This document shows, in pieces, positions 22,230-45,000 of a stretch of 64,000 bases of DNA. The DNA is from the human T2T-CHM13v2.0 reference genome, Homo sapiens. The notes under the pieces are model-generated. The model was not told where the DNA came from, ran no database searches, and worked only from the letters and a program-made list of their open reading frames with translations. Every line of letters begins with the position of its first letter. The stretch's first letter is position 1. The translations under genes and the position numbers were made by a program. Where the stretch lies: the NCBI RefSeq assembly GCF_009914755.1, contig NC_060930.1. One strand, given 5' to 3'.

Positions 22230-23868
22230 TCAGGATGATACTTATAAAGTATTATCTCTAATTATATTCCATAGTATGTTTGTTTAGTTTCCATGAACTC
22301 TAAGTCAGCCCTGTAGTGTGCAGCTACTGTACCCCAAGAGTTGTGGGTAACATCTGGTAGCAATAAAAAAAAAAAAAGTGGATGGTTGGGCACAGTGGAG
22401 TTCAAGATCAGCCTGGGCAACATAGCAAGACCCTGTCTCTAAAGAAAACAACAACAACAACAAAAAAGAACAGATAAAAACTACAAAACAAGCAGGTGAA
22501 GATATATTCTTACTAAGACTTGTGAAAATTTAGATGATAATTACACAAAACCTCCAAAAATATAAGCTATTGGCACAGGCTTCATACTTAGCTATACAAT
22601 AATCTAGCCCCATTCTCCCCTACAACCTTGTTTTCACTTAATAAACATGTTAACTTTACAAGCTACTACCAACAGCCTTTATTAGTCTATCCCACTCTTA
22701 TTAGTGCATCTGCTTTCTTATTTTCTGTTTTCTTCTCTCTTTGCAACTTCTCTTTTTCCTTTAATTCTTCCTTTGATACAATGGGATTCTATTCAAATCT
22801 TTCTTCAGCTATGACTAATTTTTCTTCAGTATGTTTAAAACTACATGCTATAATAAATGAGAGTTAAGCCTATATGTTCCTGAGTTGCAGCAGTATAGTA
22901 TTTTTTAGTTTTTTTCTCCTATTTCTTATCACTCATTTCCATCCATTGTATTTAGTTTCTACCCCCAAAGGTAAGGAAACTTGAAGTTTTCAAATTAAAA
23001 GTGATTTTCTGGGATGCTCAAAGCTTCCAACTAACTCCCAACAAATTCTAATTTATTATGGTAGTCCTCAACATGGCTTTCCTTTAAGTATGACATCTAC
23101 ACAAGAGGCTTTTTTTTTTTTTTTTTTGAGGTGGAGTTTTGCTCTGTCGCGCAGGCTGGAGTGCAGTGGCTCACTGCAACCTCCGCCTCCCGAGTTCAAG
23201 TGATTCTCCTGCCTCAGCCTCCCAAATAGCTGGGATTACAGGCACCCACCATCACACTCAGCTAATTTTTGTATTTTTAGTAGAGACGGGGTTTCACGAT
23301 GTTGGCCAGACTGGTCTCAAACTCCTGACCCCATGACCCACCTGCCTCAGCCTCCCAAAGTGCTGGGATTACAGTCTGAGCCACAGCACCCGGCCCCAAG
23401 AGGCTTCTTTAATCTTATTTCACTCAGTGAATTCATTCAGTACACATGTGTTTAGCCTCCAATATGCAATTCACTGTACTAAGTGCTGGATGGTTTAGGA
23501 CAGGAGAAAGGTAATATTTAAGAAACTCTCCATGTATTTTCATATGAAGTTCTTTATAAGGTAAATTACTTTACAGGCATAGTGGTAAACACTTTAAATG
23601 ACTATCTCATTTAATCCTCACAGAAATATTATAGCATTACCACCATTTTACTAGCTCAGAAAGAAAATAACTTGCCAAAGGTCGCAAAGTAAGCTGGAAT
23701 TTTAACCCTGCACAGTTGGGTCCTCCTGACCACTCCAAGATATAAAATCATTATTATGCCTCAGCCCGGTTTTTGTCTCCAGCTCTGGTCTTCAAAGTAA
23801 GTTTTTTTGCAGTTCATCTCAAAGATGCTTTCTTTCATTTGATCATTCTGTATCTCCTCCTTGTCATC

Positions 23869-24319
23869 TGTTATGAGTTGAACTGTGTTCCCTCAAAATT
23901 CACATGTTGAAATCCTAACCCCTTCCACTTCAGAACAAGACCTGATTTGGAACAGGTTTGTTGTAGACGTAATTAGTTAAGATGAGGTTTTACTGGAGCA
24001 GGTGAGCCCCTAATCCAATATGGCTGATATTCTTATAAAAAGGAAACATTCAGACACAAAATCAGACATGCACATAGGGACAACATCATGCGAAGATTGG
24101 AGTTATGCTAACACAAGTCAAGGAACACCAAGATTGCCAACAAACCTCCAGAAGCTAGGAAAGATGTGTGAAATGGATTCTTCCTCACACCCTCAGAAGG
24201 AACCAACACTCCCAACACCTTGACTTCAGACTTCCAGCCTTCAGCATTATAATAGATTTCTGTTGGTTAAGCCACCCAGTTTGTGGTACTTTGCTATGGC
24301 AGCCCTAGCAAACTACACA
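23869..24319 (+). mobile_element. MLT1 (MaLR) solo LTR
   Basis: TGTTATGAGTTGAACTGTGTTCCCTCAAAATTCA..GCAGCCCTAGCAAACTACACA. Confidence 0.85.
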
Positions 24320-25319
24320 TCTACACTTAGATAATTCAGAAATCCAAATTTCTAAATCCAAATGCAAATTTTTCTGCCTAACAGCAATATTCCCTTCCTC
24401 CATCTATATAGTTTTTAGCACAGTGGGATAGAACTAGCTGTACTATTGCCAAACCAGAGACGTAGAGAGTCATTCTTGAATTCTCGGCAATCTCCTTTCC
24501 ACATTCTGGCAATCATTCAAATGACCGAAGGGTTAGGAGCACAGGCTTTGAAGTCCACTGAGCTTAAATACCAGCTTCCACATTTATTAGCTGTGTGATC
24601 TTGGGCTACCTAAGCCTTGGCTTCCTGACCTGTTAAAGTGGGCTAATACCATCACTACCAGATAGGGTCTCCATAACAATAAAGGGGAAAAATGCCTGAA
24701 AGAATTTAGCGCTTTATCTGGCATATAGAAAAAGTGAAACAAATTGCCTGTTATTATCAGTATTGTTCCTAAAACAAACTTCAGAATACATTTAGTTTTC
24801 ATATGTGTGTCAGACTCATATTTGTGCACATGTGTTATACTCTGCTGGTATGAGTGACCAACCACTATCCTCTATGTAGTATTGTCTTCCACCTTTACCA
24901 GTCTCTGAAATTGAGAGGAGGTAACCTTAAAAATGTGAACTAGGAGGCTGGGCGCAGTGGCTCACACCTGTAATCCCAGCACTTCGGGAGTCCAAGGTGG
25001 GCGGATCAACCAAGGTCAGGTGTTCCAGACTAGCCTGGCCAACATGGTGAAACTCCCATTTCTACTAAAAATACAAAACTTAGCTGGGCATAGTGGTGGG
25101 CACCTGTAATTCCAGCTACTTGGGACTGAGGCAGGAGAATCGCTTGAACCTGGGAGGTGGAGGTTGCAGTGAGCCAAGATCCCGACACTGCCTTGGCTAC
25201 AAGAACAAAACTCCATCTCAAAAAAAAAAAAAAAAAAAAAAAGTGAACTAGGAGAATCTATATTAAAGAACCCCTGTATCACCAGTGTGCCCCCTGACTT
25301 CATTTTGGGGGTTAGAACT

Positions 25320-25390
25320 GGTTATATAAGTAGGACTTATATAAGTAGGTTATATAAGTTATATAAGTAGGTTATATAAGTAGGACTTAA
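25320..25390. repeat. Short tandem repeat of TTATATAAGTAGG(AC), about 5 copies
   Basis: Direct reading. Confidence 0.9.
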
Positions 25391-26805
25391 AAAAAAATGT
25401 AGCTCCCTCTAAGGAGGGAGGTTTGTGTGAAAAGACATTTTAGTGCAGTGAAACATTAAAGCAGAGATCCACGATGTCTGAGTCAATAGAACAGATTAGC
25501 AGCTGCTGAAAGATAGAAACCAAGTCTGAGCTGGTTGGTACTGGGAACAACTGCCTTAGCTAACAAGGCACTTGATCATTTTCCCCCCACATAAATATGC
25601 TGTTTGGCAGTGAATGTTTTCACTTAGGTTTCCCAAATTCCCTGCTTCTTCCTTAAAAATTTGTTTGGGGAAGGAATCTAATATGCTTAGCATATCAACT
25701 GTACTGTCTTTAGATAATGAGAAATGCGCTGAAAGACTATTTGCCACATTCTCTTTCAAAAATACAAACGTGTTAATTATAACCTCCAAAAAAGGCAAGA
25801 AGGATTTCATGCCTTTGCCCCTACACTTTCATCCATTTAGAATACCCTCCTCTCCTTCCATGCTCACCGATTTGGAATCTCTTAGTTTTTGTTTTGAGCC
25901 TGTTTCGAATGCTGCCAGAAGCCTGAGGTCCTCTTACCTTTTCACACCATCCCCACTCCCTAACCCCCTGCCACTTTGTATCTCCTCTGTGGCCCTGAGG
26001 TATTCTGATTTTTGTCTAAAATCTTAATCCCACCACAAACAAACCAGGGCTACAGGAATGAATCATCTTTATAAATTCCTCGTTTTTTTTTTTTTTTTAA
26101 ATCAAAAGCTCAATAAACATTTGCATGAGTTACTGACAGAGAAGCAGCTTCAACGCTTTAAAAATGAAACTGAAACCAGCGGAAAATCTAAAACTGAACT
26201 CTATCAGTAAACTGAACTCTATCAGTTTATTAACATTACAGCAGGTCTCTGTTCTGGTGAACTCCCTGGTGCTCTTACTGCGTTACCCATTTTTGTTTTT
26301 TTCGCTGCACTCACCAGTCTAACAGTATCTGCCCACTGGATTCACAGCGCTGGCACGTGCCAAGCGCCTAATAATTGCTCACTGGTTTGGCGGCTGACTA
26401 CCCAGGAGAGGAAATTAAACACAAAGGCAGTATTGATCATATTCAGTAGTGTTTCGTGCGTTTGGTTTGGAAGTGGGGATTGGGGAATGGCCAATCACTT
26501 CCAAATTTAAAATATTGCTTCCTGGAAGAAAATGGACTCCTCAAAGACTGGATATTTCATGTCTGTAGTCCCAGGACCTGGCCCTGCGTCAGGCACATTG
26601 TAGGTGTTGAAAATGCACCTGAGGAATTCTGAGTTGCGCGGAACTGTGTATTCCGAGCACAACGCGTCGTTAAAAACCAAACAAAGCAGAACAAACTTCG
26701 TTCAGAAGCGACTCCCGCTATACTTAGAAACTAGAATTGACCCCTGGCTGCAGGGTTCCGCTTTACCAACACACCGCAGGGAAAGGGCTTAGAAATAGTG
26801 AAAGC

Positions 26806-27152
<347 letters not shown>

Positions 27153-27249
27153 TTAGAAGCGAAGGAACAAAGTGCGCTGCCTGGGGAGGCTGGGTCTTGT
27201 AGAAGCAACAGGAAAGTAGAACGTGGTGTGGAAAGGGTTAAAACTGGCG

Positions 27250-27600
27250 CTCGGCGGGATACAGGGCTCTAGGTGCCTTAAAGAACACGCGGACACACTT
27301 GTTTGGCTTCTGTCGCGCTCCGTAGAATGAGTTCCCTGGGCCTCGGTGGGCCACGCCTCCGCAAAGAAGGACAACGCGAAGCTGCCCGCGTAGTGCCTGT
27401 TGCACTCGCCAAGGACCGGCCTGGCAGAGATAGAAAACTCGCAGTACGTTTGCCTCAGAACCGCCTCAATCCGGAAACAGAAACTCCCCAGGCCCGGCAC
27501 TGCGGGAGCCACCTCTTTCGAGGGTGGGAGTGCACATGCGCACAGGGGACCTGAAAAACCCTTAAATACCGGCATGCGTGCGGATGAGGCCTCTTTCCCT
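27250..27600 (+). promoter_or_regulatory. RPS12: RPS12 promoter: CpG island, ETS-like CCGGAA (27471), NRF1-like TGCACATGCGCA (27531-27542), TATA-like CTTAAATA (27561-27568), TCT/5'TOP start CTCTTTCCCT (27591-27600)
   Basis: Typical ribosomal-protein promoter layout; AT box about 30 nt before the pyrimidine initiator. Confidence 0.85.
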
Positions 27601-27635
27601 GCCGCCGCCGAGTCGCGCGGAGGCGGAGGCTTGGG
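27591..27635 (+). other. RPS12: RPS12 non-coding exon 1 (5'TOP)
   Basis: Starts with an oligopyrimidine tract; donor GTAAGT at 27636. Confidence 0.9.
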
Positions 27636-27790
27636 GTAAGTTGAGCGAGGCGGCAGGGGGGTGTATTGGTTATAATTTGTGGCTCGTTGCGTTCTTGCTG
27701 GGATTCGTGACGAGTATCTGGTTCTTTAACAAGTCAATGCTTTTGTTTTTTAGTGCGTTCAAGATTCAACTTCACCCGTAACCCACCGCC

Positions 27791-27804
27791 ATGGCCGAGG
27801 AAGG
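27791..27804 (+). CDS. RPS12: RPS12 exon 2 coding part (MAEEG); exon spans 27754-27804
   Basis: Strong Kozak ccgccATGG; acceptor ttttAG 27752-27753; donor GTGAGC 27805. Confidence 0.97.
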
Positions 27805-27850
27805 GTGAGCCCAGGGGCCGGGGTTGGAGTTGGGGTCGGGGTGCGGCTGA

Positions 27851-28210
<360 letters not shown>

Positions 28211-28328
28211 TGAATGGCATCCGTCCTACCGGAAACCTAGGAAAAGGTATCAGAACTCAGATCTATAAAGCCCACTTAAAATGTGTGGGTTGCTGTTTGG
28301 AATGGGGATAAGCACTCAAAACTACAGT

Positions 28329-28401
28329 GTTTGAATGATGACTTTAATTGTCGGATACCCCTTCACTCCTTTTATGAGTGAAACATAAGAGTCTGACAAA
28401 C
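28329..28401 (+). ncRNA. SNORD101: Box C/D snoRNA U101
   Basis: Box C ATGATGA 28335-28341, box D CTGA 28393-28396, terminal stem GTTTG/CAAAC; RPS12 intron 3. Confidence 0.93.
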
Positions 28402-28849
28402 CTGTAGGTTGTGGAGCTAGTCAGTCTTATACTTATCTGGCAGATAGATGAGATGGAGAGCCACATTACATCTGGTAGTTTGCAAAACAAGCATTAATTT
28501 AATGGAATTTCAAACTCAGGTTTCAGAAGCATTTGGTCCTAGATGAATTTAGTAGTATAATAGCTGTGATTTATTTGAATTTGGGATATTTGTTAATGTA
28601 TTTGAATGGATCGAGTTAATGTGTTTTTTAGGGTGGTGGCATTGACAAATCAACCTACTCTTGAGCTGAATTTAAATGCAGTTTTAAGGTTTTACAGGAC
28701 AAGTTCGTTTTGGTGTAATCTAGCCAGTTCAATCCGATGGAAACGGCATTATTGTTTAATGTATTTAGTAGGTCCTAGTATGAGTCTTCTGTATTTCTAT
28801 TTCGGCATTATTGCATGGCATTTCATAACTGTTCCATTAATGCCACAGT

Positions 28850-29156
28850 CTTTTTTTTTTCTTTTTTCTTTTTTTTTTTTGAGACAAAGAGTCTTGCTCT
28901 GTCCCCCAGGCTGGAGTGCAGTGGCGCGATCTCATTGCAACCTCTACCTACCAGGTTCAAGCGATTCTTCTGCCTCCCGAGTAGATGGAATTACAGGCAC
29001 ACGCCACCATGCCCAGCTAGTTTTTGTACTTTCAGTAGAAACGGGGTTTCGCCATGTTGGTCTCTGGCTGGTCTGGTACTCCTGACCTCGGGTCATCTGC
29101 CCCCCTCGTCTTCCCAAAGTGCTGGGATTACAGGAGTGAGCCATCGTGCCCGGCCT
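28850..29156 (-). mobile_element. Antisense AluS in RPS12 intron 3
   Basis: Consensus match. Confidence 0.9.
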
Positions 29157-29453
29157 TTCACATGTTTCTTTAGGTATATGAAGCTGGCTTACAAGAAAGC
29201 TATTATGGTTGGGTTTTGGCCAGAAGTTTTAAAAATGACTTACACCAATTCAGTGTGTCAGGGACAGAGGTTTTACTGAAGACCAGTTGTAGGTTAATTG
29301 AAGATGTATATGCTCCCTAGCAGGTTCTTCAGACTCAAGCAATTTTGTACGCATTTATGTGTTCAGTGGATTGGCTGCTTATGTTTCGCAAGTGTTAGTG
29401 CAAAGATAACCCTCCTAAAATGCAAGAATGATGGATTTGGATCTGAGTTTTAG

Positions 29454-29642
<189 letters not shown>

Positions 29643-29823
29643 TAAATTCTGTGAAGTCTCAAGCTGTTCATTTTGTGCAGGTGTAAACATTACGTGCACC
29701 TGATACTGTCGGCCATTTTAAAGATGATTGTAGGTAGAAGCATTTTATACCTGCAGAATTGAATCCTAATTTTGACGTTGGTATACAACAAAGATTAGTA
29801 GCAGGCTTGTAGGTGATCTTAGT

Positions 29824-29899
29824 GCTGTACATGATGACAACTGGCTCCCTCTACTGAACTGCCATGAGGAAACTGCCATGTCACCCTTCTGATTACAGC
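29824..29899 (+). ncRNA. SNORD100: Box C/D snoRNA SNORD100 (18S rRNA 2'-O-methylation guide, Gm436 from recall)
   Basis: Box C 29831-29837, D' CTGA 29854-29857, D CTGA 29889-29892, stem GCTGTA/TACAGC; guide GGCTCCCTCT is complementary to 18S AGAGGGAGCC; ends about 82 nt before the acceptor. Confidence 0.95.
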
Positions 29900-29981
29900 C
29901 ACCTTTTGGGTTTCATTTAATTTTGGTAGTGTTAATGTCTATTAATGTGATTTTTTTTTTTTTTAACCTTTCTCCCAATAG

Positions 29982-30101
<120 letters not shown>

Positions 30102-30240
30102 TAGGGATGAAGGTTATGCTGGGTAATCATATAAAACCTTGTATTGAAATAAGTTGAGGATCTTATAAAAGGAAAAAACTGATTCAACAGGTTTAAAGCA
30201 TTTTCTGCATTTCAGGAAAAAAATAAAAGCTGTAATTTAC

Positions 30241-30373
30241 AAGCCAGCCAATGAATCTGCTTACCTGATTGTGTTTGTGCAGACATACTTTAAAAACTGG
30301 CAATAGTAAAGCCATGTTACGAGCCTTAAGGACATTGAAGTCGTTAAGGTCCCTGAGAATGGCTATAACAAAT
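30241..30373 (+). ncRNA. SNORA33: Box H/ACA snoRNA ACA33
   Basis: Two hairpins (GCCAG..CTGGC; AGCCAT..ATGGCT), H box ATAGTA 30303-30308, ACA 30368-30370 three nt from the end; RPS12 intron 5. Confidence 0.93.
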
Positions 30374-30501
30374 CTTAGTGATGGGAAACATTTTTATAAG
30401 ACATAGCTAATTGTTGAAGCTCCACTATAATTGATACTAATAGCTTGGTGAAATTCCTAAATATTAACAAGAAATTGCATGCGTGTTTTGTTTTTTTTAA
30501 G

Positions 30502-30564
30502 GACTATGGCAAGGAGTCTCAGGCCAAGGATGTCATTGAAGAGTATTTCAAATGCAAGAAATGA
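30502..30564 (+). CDS. RPS12: RPS12 exon 6 coding part ([20 protein letters not shown])
   Basis: 63 nt; total CDS 14+117+103+102+63 = 399 nt = 132 aa plus TGA (40S ribosomal protein eS12). Confidence 0.98.
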   Translation, partial: DYGKESQAKDVIEEYFKCKK

Positions 30565-30567
30565 AGA

Positions 30568-30573
30568 AATAAA
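30568..30573 (+). terminator. RPS12: RPS12 polyadenylation signal AATAAA
   Basis: 3 nt after the stop codon; CA at about 30585 followed by U/GU-rich sequence. Confidence 0.9.
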
Positions 30574-30972
30574 TCTTTGGCTCACATTCCTCATGTCTGG
30601 CTTTTTATTTGGGGCAGTAAAATAAGGTCCCTGTTAGCAAAGTAAAATGTAATCATCGCAAAGTGATTGCTACAGATTAACTGGAAACTTGCTCTCAAAG
30701 TCTTCTCCCCAGCCAATGACTGCATCATGGGGCAATTCAAACCTGGACAGCCTTAGCAAAGATAGGTCTGCCATGCAGTGTTGGTGATGGCCAGGATTAC
30801 TTAGCTATGGGCATTTATCCCTCACTAGACTAGCCTAGAATTTGGAGAGAGAGGTTGTGTTTTTAATAGATTGCAGTCTATGAAAGGACAGTGAGTAGAC
30901 TTGCTGGGCAGGTTAGTAGAAAGTACACAGTTGGGCCAGGATCATATCTTGCATGTGGGACAAGTGTTATGA

Positions 30973-42041
<11,069 letters not shown>

Positions 42042-45000
42042 CTGAAGAATTATATTTTATAAATTGGTAGGTAGCTTCCACAAAAGGCATGTAGAGATTT
42101 GGAAGAAAACTGTTTATACAAAGCTAAAACTCAAATGTACAAACATAGTATTCCATAAGCCATTCATTTGCAATGCTCTGCACTTCTGAGGTTTGCTGTG
42201 CAAAAACTGTGCAATATTTTCCTGATCTCTACTTATTTCGTACTATCCAGACCAACAACAGTGGTTCAGCATGGTGAATTCTCCAGAAAGAGGGATCTAC
42301 AACACTGAGTCTTGTCAAGCCTTCAGTAGGGGAGCAACACAGGTGAATTAATAAGGCCAAGGAGACACGTTTAAAGAAAAGGGAAGAGAAGGGGAGCTAT
42401 TTGCCCAGAAAACAGTGATTTGAAGAAAACCAGTCTGGAAGTGTATGATGAGGGTACATTTTATAAAAGATTACAGCAGCTGCTTTGCCTTGCCATGAAA
42501 TAAACAAATAAGAATTAATTTTTAGAAGCGGTTATAATAACTTTAAATGAGGAGTGTTGCTACCTATAATTGATTGTAAGGGGAATTGGGCTTTTAAATA
42601 TAATACTGGGTTAAGTACACATTCTTCTGAGACCCTGTCAGCAGAATGCTGATGTTTGTAATTGGAAAAGAGAATGTCTCTTAAGGATCTCTTTAACTAG
42701 TCAGCCTAAAACACAGATTCTCATCCTCAACTAGAATGCTATTCCTATTCACAAAAACCTGGGGAACATGATCACATTAATGCCCAAGAGATTTATAGCA
42801 AGAATAAGAGCAAAAGAAAATCTATGTATTTTTGAAGACATGGACTTCCCTAGTGGATATGTTTTCAGATTCTAAGAGTTAGAGGTAAAAATAAATTTTT
42901 AAAGTTTATTTTTTTAAAGTTACTTTATTATTTGTATCTACTTTGGTAAAATTCCAAAATAAGACAGTGATTTCTACTGTTTTGGTTAACTTTTGCCTTC
43001 CTCATACTCTCTGTGAGTATTCTAAATTTGAGACTGTTGGTGATAAATCAATTTCCTGAGAACACTTTAGCTAATATTAAAACTTAATATATATGGTTAT
43101 TATTTTTAAAGTTTACTTTTTTCATGTTTACATTGTAAAAAATAAATGACTGAAATTTAGGTAACATGAGGAGAGCAATATTCTGAAAAATGAGGTGAAG
43201 TACCAATTTAATGTTTAGATAAGGACCAAAATTTCTTTAGAATAACTTTTATTTAAAGACATATCAAATTTAAGACATTATTATGACATTGTCAATTTGA
43301 ATAAGATTGGTTTTTAATCTATGGCTAGAGAAAATTTATAAAAGAGCCAACAGTCTCTAGTTTGTAGTTTTATCCAATTTTACTTTTCATTCCTTTCGAG
43401 GGTAATTTCATTACATTCTATCCAGCAAACAGGAGATGGCAGCATTACTTCAGCCGTTCAAAAAGACACTCAATCCCTTCTGAAAAGAGAAGGCTGGGAG
43501 CTGATGGAGAGTAGAGATTTAGCAGCAGGTGCTACAATGTACATAGAACAGAGGAATGTATGTTTCCTATGTAGGGTACATAGGAAACAAATGTGAAATA
43601 AAACTGTTTAATGCCTCTGAATGCTGCAGATTTTTACGCATATTTTCCAGTGTAACAGGCCCTTCCCCTGTAAAAGTGAAATGGGTCAGATGTTGAGATT
43701 TTTATGGGATTTAGAAAGCTGTGCATGCATAACAAAGAGCTTGGCTCTACAGCTGTAGGATTTTTAATCTCTGTTTTTTTATGGAGTAGTAATTTTCTAA
43801 GAACACTAGACACTCATTTTCTTTATTTCTTCTCAAATTTCTAAGCATACATTAATAATAATATGGAACTTGGGTCTCAGGTCAAAAAAATACATACATG
43901 ATCCAAACTACTGATATCTGCTACAACTGTTAATGCAGGAGATAAAATATTAGATTGGTAAATCCATGGACCTCAAGGCCTCAGCTCGTTTTTCATGTCA
44001 ATTGGATACCTCTCCTTGAGGAAGCAACTTCTAAGGAACACAGATCTGTAATATACAAACTGGGTTTATTTTGTTGAATTTTTTTATATATCTGTAAATA
44101 AATTTACTTATGTTTTGTTTGTGAAAAATTTGGAATAGTCTTTCTTAGCTTCTTTCAGGAAATCTAACCAGCCACTTGGAAAATCAAAAATTTTATTAAC
44201 TTTAAGTAAAAGAAGAGAAATAAAGGCCTAAATAGAAGTTTCCTTGATGCTGATATTAGACCTTTAACCCTGGTTAAGGAAGAAAAGATTCAAAGAATTA
44301 TTCAAAAATTCAAAGAAAAGATTTAAAAATTGTCTCCATTCTTTGAATGGAGACTTGCCTTCCAGCCTTTATCTTCATTTTAAATTCTATATTCTTAGGA
44401 GCCTTGTTTAGGAGATATTTCTCCAAACCCTATTTTTAAAATGTGGATTTTTGTTGTTCATTTTAACTAACATCTGAGCTTTAATTTCCTCATATCTGCA
44501 CATAATCTGCTTCAGGCTATGATTGCTTTTTTTTTTCTCTTTTGAGAAAGCAACCTTTCCATGTTGGCATAAATTTGACTTGTATGTACTAAGCAGAACA
44601 TTTTATTAATATGCTAACCATTTTTCCATTAAAATCCAAGGCTATCACATACATAAATATAGCTTTTATGGGTTCACCAGAGATTCAAACGTGAACCTGA
44701 AATTTAGTCTACCACTTGGCAGCTTATGTCAACTGGCAGGGCTACTATATCAGAAATAATGACTTGAGTGTGAGTTTGAATAAATGAAAACCATAGATGT
44801 TTAATCATAATGCAGTCAGAGGTTTATCCTGGGCTCCATAAATAGTGGGGAGGGCAAAACTGATCTTGAAACATTTTTCACTTTTCTTTTTCAATATGTT
44901 CTGCCTTCTCATTAAGTAATTGTGAACAAGGACACTGGTACTAATTTTTAACCCTCTTTGACATGCTAAGGGCTTTAAAATGTGATATTTGACAGAGTCT

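Noticed and set aside
25556-26027. 137-aa and 84-aa non-repeat ORFs (also 14321-14833, 31238-31753, 51900-52103)
   Set aside because: No recognisable domain, exon structure or retrocopy hallmarks; lengths are compatible with chance.
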